Shown piece after piece: positions 1 to 9,209 of a DNA stretch of 64,000 nt. The DNA lies in the IMG/VR virus record IMGVR_UViG_3300043446_004500, positions 1 to 64,000 of that record. One strand, 5' to 3'. Position numbers and translations under genes: made by a program. The stretch's first letter is position 1. Each line of letters opens with the position of its first letter. The notes under the pieces are model-generated. The model was not told the origin of the DNA and did no database searches. It worked only from the letters and a program-made list of their open reading frames with translations. This stretch comes from a virus.

Positions 1-603
1 GTTCAGATTACAAATCCCGGATATGGATATACTGTAGTTCCTGGAGTAAGGTTTATTAGTGGTGGTGGAAGTGGTGCTGCAGCAACAGCAACTCTTGGAA
101 ATGGAATTGTTGGAATTATTACGGTCAATAATTCTGGTTCGGGATATGTTTTACCACCTTCTATAACATTTACTGGCATCTCCTCAGTCTCTGCAGCTGC
201 CACTGCCGTCGTTTCTGCTGGCGGTTCAATAACTTCAATATTAATCACAAATGCCGGTCTTGGATATACTCAATCTCCAATAATAACTATCGGAAATCCT
301 GCACTGTCATCTACAGGAAACTTTATATTCAATGAAGTAGTTACTGGCACTACTTCTGGAGTTACTGCAAGAGTTAAATCTTGGAATTCAGTTACAAATA
401 TTCTTCAAGTTTCTCAAATTACTGGAACATTTACTCTTGGAGAAAATATTGTAGGTTCTGCATCTTCAGCATCTCACTATTTGAGATCTATAGAAGAATA
501 TGCATATTCTGCAAAGGATGGATATACGGAAAATGATGAAATTGAAGAAGAGTCTGATCAAATAATTGATTTTAATGAAATTAATCCTTTTGGAATGCCA
601 TAA
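1..603 (+). CDS. gp14: Neck protein gp14, C-terminal part (truncated by window start)
   Basis: Frame 1 open from base 1 (VQITNPGYGY..., repeated GxGY motifs) to ...IIDFNEINPFGMP*; lies just upstream of gp15. Confidence 0.75.
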   Translation, partial: VQITNPGYGYTVVPGVRFISGGGSGAAATATLGNGIVGIITVNNSGSGYVLPPSITFTGISSVSAAATAVVSAGGSITSILITNAGLGYTQSPIITIGNPALSSTGNFIFNEVVTGTTSGVTARVKSWNSVTNILQVSQITGTFTLGENIVGSASSASHYLRSIEEYAYSAKDGYTENDEIEEESDQIIDFNEINPFGMP

Positions 604-605
604 TG

Positions 606-613
606 AATAAATA
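606..613 (+). promoter_or_regulatory. T4-type (gp55) late promoter AATAAATA; similar NATAAATA boxes precede most structural genes (2107, 6258, 9166, 10894, 12851, 14094, 17840, 23555, 38641, 39331, 40903, 41440, 42693, 43995, 45847, 47282, 51253, 55505, 55729, 57124)
   Basis: Motif recurs 10-50 nt upstream of start codons of late-type genes. Confidence 0.8.
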
Positions 614-655
614 CTAGTTAATTATAGAAAACCGTAGTATTGTAAGTTAAATCAT

Positions 656-1657
656 ATGTTTGAATATTTTTATCACGAGATTTTAAGAAAAACGGTAATT
701 TCTTTTGGATCTCTATTCAACAACATAAACATTCATCATAAAAACTCTGATAATGAAGTTGTTAGTATTATTAAAGTTCCTTTGGCCTATGGACCAACTC
801 AAAAATTTCTTGCTAGATTAAATCAATCTCCAGATTTAAATAAACCAGTTCAAATTACATTACCAAGAATGTCATTTGAATTTACTGGATTAACTTATGA
901 TGCTACAAGAAAATCTACTACAACACAATCTTTTACTGTAAAGTCTGCGGCGGATGGGAAACAAGTTAAAAAAACTTATCTTCCGGTCCCCTATAATATG
1001 CAATTTGAATTGAGTATTATGTCAAAATTGAATGACGATGCTCTTCAAATTATTGAACAAATTTTACCATATTTTCAACCCGCATATACAATGACGGTTG
1101 AAATGATTGATGATATTAATGAAAAAAGAGATATTCCTGTTGTTTTAGAAAATATTACAATGCAAGATGATTATGAAGGCGATTTTACAACAAGAAGGGT
1201 ATTAGTTTATACATTAAGATTTACAGCAAAAACATATCTATTTGGTCCAATATCTACAGTCAACGACAATATCATCAGAAAGAGTACTATTACATATATT
1301 GCTGGAGATGTAAATAATAGTGCAAGTAGAGGAATTGTATATTCTTCTGAACCTAGAGCAATTAAAAATTACACAGGAATTGTTCTCACCAATTTGGCAA
1401 ATGATATTACAACTGAAGATGTTTTGATTTCAGTAAATGATGCTTCGTCAATTTCAATCAATACTTATATTGATCTTGAAGGGGAAGAATTATTAGTAAA
1501 ATCAAAATCTGGAAACGTATTGACTGTTGAGAGGGGAAAAGATAATACAACAATTACATCGCATTTAACAGGATCTCCAATTAAATCAATTACTGCTGCT
1601 GATGATATATTAATTGAAGTTGGCGATGATTTTGGATTCAGTGGTTCAGCATTTTAA
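656..1657 (+). CDS. gp15: Tail sheath stabilizer/completion protein
   Basis: FGSLFNNI, VPLAYGP..KFL, LPRMSFE, QIIEQILPYFQP motifs; synteny. Confidence 0.9.
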   Translation: MFEYFYHEILRKTVISFGSLFNNINIHHKNSDNEVVSIIKVPLAYGPTQKFLARLNQSPDLNKPVQITLPRMSFEFTGLTYDATRKSTTTQSFTVKSAADGKQVKKTYLPVPYNMQFELSIMSKLNDDALQIIEQILPYFQPAYTMTVEMIDDINEKRDIPVVLENITMQDDYEGDFTTRRVLVYTLRFTAKTYLFGPISTVNDNIIRKSTITYIAGDVNNSASRGIVYSSEPRAIKNYTGIVLTNLANDITTEDVLISVNDASSISINTYIDLEGEELLVKSKSGNVLTVERGKDNTTITSHLTGSPIKSITAADDILIEVGDDFGFSGSAF

Positions 1658-1667
1658 ATGAGTAAAA

Positions 1668-2111
1668 ATGAAAATGACGAAAAAATTTGACAAGTTAAAT
1701 GAAACTTTTAATGTTGATGCAGAGATAATTGCTGCAGAAAAAGAACCTATTGCCATTGAAAAGAAAATAGAGGAATTGGAAACCACTGCAAGTGATATTA
1801 AAAAAGATTATGAATATGCGAGAGGAAATTTATATTCTCTTATAGAAAAAGGTCAAGAAGCAATTAATGGAATTCTTGAACTTGCTCAAGAAAGTGAAAT
1901 GCCAAGAGCATATGAGGTTGCAGGTCAGTTAATTAAAAATACTGGAGAAATTGCGGAAAAACTTTTGTCTCTACAAAAAACTCTCAAAGATGTTGAAGAA
2001 GAAAAGCAAAAAGGTCCTACAACAGTTAATAATGCTCTTTTTGTAGGGTCTACTGCAGACTTAGCTAAATTTTTAAAGCAACAAAGTTCTGAAGAAGCAT
2101 CAAATCAATAA
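1668..2111 (+). CDS. gp16: Terminase small subunit
   Basis: DYEYARGNL, PRAYEVAGQLIK, NNALFVGST motifs. Confidence 0.9.
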   Translation: MKMTKKFDKLNETFNVDAEIIAAEKEPIAIEKKIEELETTASDIKKDYEYARGNLYSLIEKGQEAINGILELAQESEMPRAYEVAGQLIKNTGEIAEKLLSLQKTLKDVEEEKQKGPTTVNNALFVGSTADLAKFLKQQSSEEASNQ

Positions 2112-2137
2112 ATAATAAAGACGAGATAATACTTCAA

Positions 2138-4249
2138 ATGGTTTGGTCTAAAGATTATAAAAGATCAATTGATTGCGATAGTCCTAAGGGGTTTTCTCAA
2201 CGTGCTCATTGTGCTGCTCGTAGAAAAAGATCAAAGGGTGAAGAGACCAAATCAAAATCACCATTTAATGAAATGCATCAAGTAAAGTCACATAAATCAG
2301 TTGAAAGTATTGCAAAGAAACATCGTCTAGAAGTTTCTTTTGTAAAAAAGCAACTTGAAATGGGAATTCCTATTGAACATGAGCATACAAAGGATAAAGA
2401 TCTTGCAACTGATATAGCACTTCAACATCTTGATGAAATTCCAGATTATTATACTCGTTTGAAAAGGATGGAGTCTGATGCTAAAAAGCATCATAAAAAG
2501 TTCAAGGATGTAAAAGAAGCATTAGATGGAAAAACTCCAAGAGATCCCGATTATTCTTTAAAAGATTGGTTTAAGGGGTGGGTTCAAACTGGTGGAAAAT
2601 ATGATGGTAAACCTTGTGCTCGTCAACCAGGACAAACAACTAAACCATATTGCAGAGATGCTGATGTTCGTGCTTCTATGAGTAAAGATGAAAGGAATAA
2701 AAGAGCTGCTAAAAAACGTAAAGAAGATCCAAATCCAGATAGATCGGGAGATGCAAAAATTGTGACACAGGAAGAATACATTCAAGAAAAAAAAGGTGAA
2801 AAAGATGCTTGTTATCATAAAGTAAAAAGTAGGTATAAAATTTGGCCCAGTGCGTATGCATCTGGAGCATTGGTCAAATGTCGTGAAGTTGGTGCTTCCA
2901 ATTGGGGAACTAAATCAGAGGATGTTGGTGATTCATCATTGGCAGACTTAGATTCTCCAGTTCATATGCCTCCAATTCATGGAGTGCATGTTGATTATGA
3001 AAAGAGGTATTGTTCAAAGTGTCAAAAAGAAGAATTGAGAAGTGAGTGCAAATATGGACCAAAATACTGGGATATCTATTCTATTCCTACCAAATTAAAA
3101 GATATGGTTAAAACAGAAGAAAAAGACCACGAGTATTCAATGGCAAGATCAGAACTATCTACTATTGATAATGCAGTAAAAAGATTAAGAAAAAGATTAA
3201 AAGGTGAGGGTAATATTGAGGCATGGGTACAATCAAAAATTACCAAAGCAGCAGATTATATTGATACTGCAGCAGATTATATGGAAAGTGGTGAGCATGA
3301 TGTTGATGAAGGTGTAAGTTTTGATGTAACACACACTTCAGCAGATGTAAGAAAATCACAAAGAGCAAAGAAAATTGCAAACCTAGCACAGAGGGGTGTG
3401 GGTGGTGAAAAGTCTACTGCTGCTCGTATGTCGGGGGTATCCCTACCATCAATTAAAAAAGAAGAAAAACTTGTTGATAAGATTGTAGATGAAATGAAGT
3501 GTTGGCCTGGATACAAAAAGAAGGGAACTCAAAAACTTTTTGGTAAGAAGTATAATCGTTGTGTAAAAGCAGAGGATGTGTCCCTTGAAGATGTAAATGG
3601 AAATACTTTTGCAGAAGTAGTTGATTTAATCAAACCAGAACCAATTAAGGGATTTAAGTCACAAGTTGACGAAGCAACCAGAATGCAAGCACAAACTGGC
3701 AATGTGATTATGGTTACTCTTATGTGGAGAGGTAAGTATTATTCACTTAAGATGTTTTTCCCTCAAGTTAAACTTCCAACACGTCAAGATATTAATGATG
3801 AGTTGCAAAAAGTTTATCCGGGTTCAAAAGTAGTTTATCATTCAGTTTCCGAAATTCAACCAGGACAACCTCTTATTCAAGTATGTGGACCTCAAGGTGG
3901 TAGTTCTGCAAAACCAGGACCTAATAGAAATTATGTAAAACCTATGGGAGAAGAAGTTGAAATTGATGAATCAGTTAGATTGGATAAATCAAAAATGAAG
4001 TGTAATAAACCAAAAGCACAAGCAGTAGGAGATTCTCTTACAGGAAAATCACATGTTGTTAAGGCATGTTCTGGAGGAGAGGAGAAGATTATTCGTTTTG
4101 GACAAAGAGGAGTAAAAGGTTCTCCCAAAAAGAAAGGTGAATCTAAAGCATATGCAATGCGTCGTCATAAGTTTAAAACAAGACACGCAGAGAATATTGC
4201 TAAAGGTCCAATGTCCGCAGCTTATTGGGCAAATAAAGTTAAGTGGTAA
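2138..4249 (+). CDS. Multi-module basic hypothetical protein (includes a DUF5661-like EHEH/HLDE.PDYY module); putative virion-internal polyprotein
   Basis: 703 aa; late promoter at 2107; about 10 short modules separated by x-x-E junctions. Confidence 0.6.
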   Translation: MVWSKDYKRSIDCDSPKGFSQRAHCAARRKRSKGEETKSKSPFNEMHQVKSHKSVESIAKKHRLEVSFVKKQLEMGIPIEHEHTKDKDLATDIALQHLDEIPDYYTRLKRMESDAKKHHKKFKDVKEALDGKTPRDPDYSLKDWFKGWVQTGGKYDGKPCARQPGQTTKPYCRDADVRASMSKDERNKRAAKKRKEDPNPDRSGDAKIVTQEEYIQEKKGEKDACYHKVKSRYKIWPSAYASGALVKCREVGASNWGTKSEDVGDSSLADLDSPVHMPPIHGVHVDYEKRYCSKCQKEELRSECKYGPKYWDIYSIPTKLKDMVKTEEKDHEYSMARSELSTIDNAVKRLRKRLKGEGNIEAWVQSKITKAADYIDTAADYMESGEHDVDEGVSFDVTHTSADVRKSQRAKKIANLAQRGVGGEKSTAARMSGVSLPSIKKEEKLVDKIVDEMKCWPGYKKKGTQKLFGKKYNRCVKAEDVSLEDVNGNTFAEVVDLIKPEPIKGFKSQVDEATRMQAQTGNVIMVTLMWRGKYYSLKMFFPQVKLPTRQDINDELQKVYPGSKVVYHSVSEIQPGQPLIQVCGPQGGSSAKPGPNRNYVKPMGEEVEIDESVRLDKSKMKCNKPKAQAVGDSLTGKSHVVKACSGGEEKIIRFGQRGVKGSPKKKGESKAYAMRRHKFKTRHAENIAKGPMSAAYWANKVKW

Positions 4250-4339
4250 AAGTTTATGCTTTAGTAATGGATTATAATCATCAAACTGGAAAATTTAGAG
4301 CAAGCAATTTTATACTTAAAAAATACAGGTTAATTTATT

Positions 4340-5989
4340 ATGTCAAATGATGTATATCTTGGAAATCCGTTACTAAAAAGAGCAAATACTCCCATTGAGT
4401 TTACGCAAGAACAAATTATTGAATTTGTGAAGTGTAAAGATGATCCGGTTTATTTTGCAAATAATTATGTAAAAATTGTAACTCTGGATCATGGTCTCCA
4501 GACATTTAAACCATATCATTTCCAAGAAAAGTTAATCAACAACTTCCACAAGCACAGATTTAATATCTGCAAGATGCCTCGTCAGACAGGTAAATCTACA
4601 ACTGTGGTTTCTTTTCTTTTACACTATGCAGTTTTCAATGATAATGTAAATATTGGTATTCTTGCAAACAAAGCAGCAACCGCAAGAGAACTTTTAGACA
4701 GATTACAAACTGCATATGAGAATCTTCCCAAATGGATGCAACAGGGTATCGTATCTTGGAACAAAGGTTCTCTTGAACTTGAGAACGGAAGTAAGATCTT
4801 GGCTGCTTCTACTTCTGCTTCTGCAGTTCGTGGTATGTCATTCAATATTCTATTTTTGGACGAATTTGCGTTCGTACCTAACCACATTGCAGATTCTTTC
4901 TTTGCTTCAGTATATCCAACAATCACTTCAGGTAAAAACACAAAGGTAATTATTGTATCTACTCCACATGGTATGAATCACTTCTACCGCATGTGGCATG
5001 ATGCGGAGAAGGGTAAAAATGAATATGTATTCACTGATGTTCACTGGAGTGAAGTTCCAGGTCGTGATGAGGAGTGGAAAAAACAAACAATCTCAAACAC
5101 TTCAGAACAACAGTTCAAGGTTGAGTTTGAATGCGAATTCTTAGGATCAGTTGATACTTTGATTGCACCATCAAAACTTAGAGCACTTGTTTACGATAAT
5201 CCTAAGATCAGCAGTGGTGGTTTAGATGTTTATGAGGATCCAATTGAGAATCATGATTACTTAGCTACTGTTGACGTTGCAAGAGGGGTTGGTAACGATT
5301 ATTCTGCGTTCACTGTAGTTGATATAACAACCTTTCCGCATAAAGTAGTTGCAAAGTATAGAAATAATGAAATTAAACCAATGCTTTTTCCAAGTATTAT
5401 TGTAGACGTTGTAAAAAACTACAATAATGCCTATATTTTGTGCGAAGTAAATGATGTTGGTGATCAGGTAGCATCAATTATACATTATGATCTTGAGTAT
5501 AACAATCTTTTGATGTGCTCTATGAGAGGTAGAGCAGGTCAAATTGTTGGTCAAGGATTTTCTGGAAAGAAAACTCAGTTGGGAGTAAAGATGTCCAAAA
5601 CTGTTAAAAAAGTTGGATGTCTTAATCTTAAAACGATGATTGAAGAGAATAAACTTATTTTCAATGATTATGATATTATGAGTGAGTTAACAACGTTCAT
5701 TCAAAAGCACAATTCATTTGAGGCAGAAGAAGGTTGCAACGATGACCTTGCAATGTGCTTGGTAATTTATGCATGGTTAGTTGCTCAAGATTATTTTAAA
5801 GAGCTTACAGACCAAGATGTAAGAAAGAAATTATATGAAGAACAAAAAAATCAAATTGAACAAGATATGTCTCCATTTGGGTTTATTAACGATGGATTGG
5901 ATGATAATAGTTTTGTAGATAACAGTGGAGATAGATGGTATACTGATGAATATGGAGATCGTGCTTATATGTGGGAGTACTTGTCCTAA
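4340..5989 (+). CDS. gp17: Terminase large subunit
   Basis: PRQTGKSTT Walker A, LFLDEFAF Walker B, C-terminal nuclease (DVARG, DDLAM). Confidence 0.97.
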   Translation: MSNDVYLGNPLLKRANTPIEFTQEQIIEFVKCKDDPVYFANNYVKIVTLDHGLQTFKPYHFQEKLINNFHKHRFNICKMPRQTGKSTTVVSFLLHYAVFNDNVNIGILANKAATARELLDRLQTAYENLPKWMQQGIVSWNKGSLELENGSKILAASTSASAVRGMSFNILFLDEFAFVPNHIADSFFASVYPTITSGKNTKVIIVSTPHGMNHFYRMWHDAEKGKNEYVFTDVHWSEVPGRDEEWKKQTISNTSEQQFKVEFECEFLGSVDTLIAPSKLRALVYDNPKISSGGLDVYEDPIENHDYLATVDVARGVGNDYSAFTVVDITTFPHKVVAKYRNNEIKPMLFPSIIVDVVKNYNNAYILCEVNDVGDQVASIIHYDLEYNNLLMCSMRGRAGQIVGQGFSGKKTQLGVKMSKTVKKVGCLNLKTMIEENKLIFNDYDIMSELTTFIQKHNSFEAEEGCNDDLAMCLVIYAWLVAQDYFKELTDQDVRKKLYEEQKNQIEQDMSPFGFINDGLDDNSFVDNSGDRWYTDEYGDRAYMWEYLS

Positions 5990-6219
5990 TGGATTTAGAT
6001 AAACAAATACTGCTAGGTCATTTATTACTTACAGATAGAAGATGTAGAACTTGTGGAGAAGTTAAAAATTTAATAGATGGATTTTATAGGACTCGCAAAG
6101 ATAGGGGTCCGGTTTCTTCATCATATTCATATGAGTGTAAAGAATGTTCTATACATAGAGTAAAAAATAATAAAAATAGTCGTACTTACTATGTTTGTTG
6201 GGAATATCCAGATTGGTAG
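5989..6219 (+). CDS. Small Zn-binding hypothetical protein (CxxC...CxxC)
   Basis: ATG overlaps the gp17 stop (TAATG); CRTC and CKEC motifs. Confidence 0.6.
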   Translation: MDLDKQILLGHLLLTDRRCRTCGEVKNLIDGFYRTRKDRGPVSSSYSYECKECSIHRVKNNKNSRTYYVCWEYPDW

Positions 6220-6298
6220 TGTTCACGTCACGTTTTCTCCGCTTAAAATAATATTTTAATAAATATTTTTAGTAAAACTGAGATTTACGGAGAAAAAA

Positions 6299-8494
6299 AT
6301 GGCGACTCCTCAATTATCTCCTGGAGTACTAATCAGAGAGGTTGATTTAACTGTAGGAAGAGCTGAAAATGTTCTTGACAACATCGGTGCTATTGCCGGA
6401 CCCTTTACAAAAGGTCCAGTAGATGAGGTCGTTGATATTACGACCGAACAAGAACTAATTAATGTATTTGGCAAACCAATCTCTACAGATAGTCAGTATG
6501 AGTATTGGATGAGTGCTTCCTCATTCCTATCTTATGGTGGTATTCTTAAGGTTGTAAGAACTTCAGGCACAACTTTAAATAATTCCAATGCAGGTTTTAA
6601 TACCACCGCAAATACAAGCCTTAAAATTGACAATTTTGAAGATTATAACGATAATCACTCTTCAGATAGTGTAACCTTTGCATATGCTGCAAAAAATCCA
6701 GGTAACTGGGCAAATGATCTAAAAGTTTGTGTAATTGATGATAAAGCTGACCAAACTATTGGAATTGCAACCACAAATCCAAGTGCTCTAGGAGCAGTCA
6801 TTGGATATGGAGTTACAACAACGTTAAGTGCAGTAACAATTGCCAAGAATGATGGAACTACAGAAACATTTACTGGTTATTTAAAAGGTATAATTACTGG
6901 AGTCACCACATCAGCATCTGGTTCAAGTTCCATTGATGTAAAAATTCTTTCAAGAGTTGCATCAAATGGAACTGTTACACCAATTTCATATGCCGAAGGA
7001 AATGCTGGATATAGTTTTGAAGCTTCGGATACTATAACATTTATCAACAATTCCGGCATTACAACTGGTACTACTGCATCAGTTAGTACAATTCTTGACT
7101 GGTACGATCAACAAACACTTGGACTAACTAATTCAACTGTTTACTGGAAGTCTTTAGCACCAAAACCAGTTTCTACAAGTTATTCACTTGATAGAAGTGG
7201 AAAGAATGATGCTATTCACGTTGTTGTTATTGATGACAAGGGTTCTGTAACTGGAATTCAAGGAAATCTCCTCGAAAAGCATCTGTTCCTTTCCAAAGCT
7301 GCAGATTCAGTATCGGCCGTAAATTCTTCACAAAAGAATTTTTGGAAGAATTATCTTGCAATCTATTCGCAGTATGTATATGCTGGAGCAAATCCTTCAG
7401 ACCAAATTGACACTCAAAATGCAACTGCTCCAGTAGCAACAGCGTTTACAACAGCATCGGGATGGGCAGGCATTTCTACAGCATCTGGAATTTGGAACCA
7501 AGACGCACAAGGGGTTACCTTCAATGCAATTGGTAACGTAACTTATACATTAACAGCAGGTAAGAACTATTCTGCTGGCAATGGGATGACAGCTGCACTT
7601 TCTGATCTTATCAGTTCTTATACTCTATTCTCAAACAAAGATGAAGTTGCGGTAGATTACTTGATTATGGGTCCTGGTTTAGGAGAAGAACCACAGTCTC
7701 AAGCAAAAGCAAATCACCTTATTTCTATTGCGAATGAAAGAAAAGACTGTGTTGCTGTAATTTCACCACATAGATCTAATGTTATCGGAGATTTGACTGC
7801 GGCAACTCAAACAACAAACGTTGTTAGATTCTTCAGTTCACTACAGTCTTCTTCTTATGCAGTATTTGATAGTGGATATAAGTATACCTATGATAGATTC
7901 AATAATACCTTCAGATACATTCCTTGCAACCCAGATGTTGCAGGTCTGATGGTTAGAACTTCTATTGTCGCATATCCTTGGTTCTCTCCTGCTGGTCAAC
8001 AAAGAGGCATTTTAAATAATGCTGTCAAACTTGCATACAATCCAAGCAAGGCACAAAGGGATCAACTTTATGCACAAAGAATCAATTCTGTTGTAAATCA
8101 ACCAGGAATTGGTATTCTTCTCTTTGGAGATAAAACTGCTCTCGGTTATGCTTCAGCATTTGATAGAATTAATGTTCGTCGTCTTTTCCTCACCGTTGAG
8201 CAAGCATTAGAGAAAGCTGCACAAGCACAACTCTTTGAACTCAATGACGAGATCACAAGAGCAAACTTTGTAAACATTGTAGAGCCTTATTTGAGAGATG
8301 TTCAGGCAAAACGTGGTCTATATGACTTCCTAGTTGTCTGTGACACTACAAATAATACTCCTGATGTTATTGATAATAATGAATTTAGAGCTAACATCTT
8401 CCTGAAGCCAACTAAATCAATCAACTATGTAACTCTGACTTTCGTTGCTACACGTACTGGAGTCAGTTTTGAAGAAGTTGCTGGTAGAGTTTAA
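6299..8494 (+). CDS. gp18: Tail sheath protein
   Basis: SPGVLIREVDLT, PWFSPAG, FDRINVRRLF motifs. Confidence 0.97.
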   Translation: MATPQLSPGVLIREVDLTVGRAENVLDNIGAIAGPFTKGPVDEVVDITTEQELINVFGKPISTDSQYEYWMSASSFLSYGGILKVVRTSGTTLNNSNAGFNTTANTSLKIDNFEDYNDNHSSDSVTFAYAAKNPGNWANDLKVCVIDDKADQTIGIATTNPSALGAVIGYGVTTTLSAVTIAKNDGTTETFTGYLKGIITGVTTSASGSSSIDVKILSRVASNGTVTPISYAEGNAGYSFEASDTITFINNSGITTGTTASVSTILDWYDQQTLGLTNSTVYWKSLAPKPVSTSYSLDRSGKNDAIHVVVIDDKGSVTGIQGNLLEKHLFLSKAADSVSAVNSSQKNFWKNYLAIYSQYVYAGANPSDQIDTQNATAPVATAFTTASGWAGISTASGIWNQDAQGVTFNAIGNVTYTLTAGKNYSAGNGMTAALSDLISSYTLFSNKDEVAVDYLIMGPGLGEEPQSQAKANHLISIANERKDCVAVISPHRSNVIGDLTAATQTTNVVRFFSSLQSSSYAVFDSGYKYTYDRFNNTFRYIPCNPDVAGLMVRTSIVAYPWFSPAGQQRGILNNAVKLAYNPSKAQRDQLYAQRINSVVNQPGIGILLFGDKTALGYASAFDRINVRRLFLTVEQALEKAAQAQLFELNDEITRANFVNIVEPYLRDVQAKRGLYDFLVVCDTTNNTPDVIDNNEFRANIFLKPTKSINYVTLTFVATRTGVSFEEVAGRV

Positions 8495-8530
8495 TTTAAT
8501 TAGTTAATTAACAAAAGGAGGACCCTAAAA

Positions 8531-9154
8531 ATGGCAAACTTAAGAACTATCACTCAGTTTAAATCAGCACTTCAAGGTGGTGGAGCCAGACCCAATCTAT
8601 TTGAAGTAAGAATGCCTACTTTACCAACAGCAGCTGTTGGTGCTGATTGGGATGCAACTAATTTCGAATTCCTTTGCAAGGCAGCAGCTCTACCAGCATC
8701 AAATATTGCAGCAATTGATGTTCCATTCAGAGGACGTATTTTAAAAGTTGCTGGTGATCGCACATTTGATACTTGGACAGTAACAGTTATTAACGATGAA
8801 GACTTTAAGATCAGAAGTGCTTTTGAAAATTGGATGAATGGTATCAGCAAACTTGATAACAATACTGGTGCAACTGAACCCCTTCAGTATATGACCGACG
8901 CCGAAGTATTCCAACTTGGCAGAGGTTATGATAAGGGAAGATTTAGTGACACCAATAATGGCGGAACTGCTGCTGGCGGAACTGCAACTCCATTGAAGTC
9001 ATACAAGTTCTATAGCATTTTCCCAACCAATATTTCCGCAATTGATCTTTCATATGATACATCAGACACTATTGAAGAATTCACCGTAGAGTTCCAAGTT
9101 CAGTACTGGACTGCTGGTGAGACTACCGACCAAACTGGTATCGTATTAACCTAA
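8531..9154 (+). CDS. gp19: Tail tube protein
   Basis: GGARPNLFEV, GDRTFDTWTVTV, IEEFTVEFQVQYW. Confidence 0.95.
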   Translation: MANLRTITQFKSALQGGGARPNLFEVRMPTLPTAAVGADWDATNFEFLCKAAALPASNIAAIDVPFRGRILKVAGDRTFDTWTVTVINDEDFKIRSAFENWMNGISKLDNNTGATEPLQYMTDAEVFQLGRGYDKGRFSDTNNGGTAAGGTATPLKSYKFYSIFPTNISAIDLSYDTSDTIEEFTVEFQVQYWTAGETTDQTGIVLT

Positions 9155-9209
9155 TATTTAACCTTAATAAATAGTCAAAACGACTATTGTATAAGGTTAA
9201 AAATAAATT

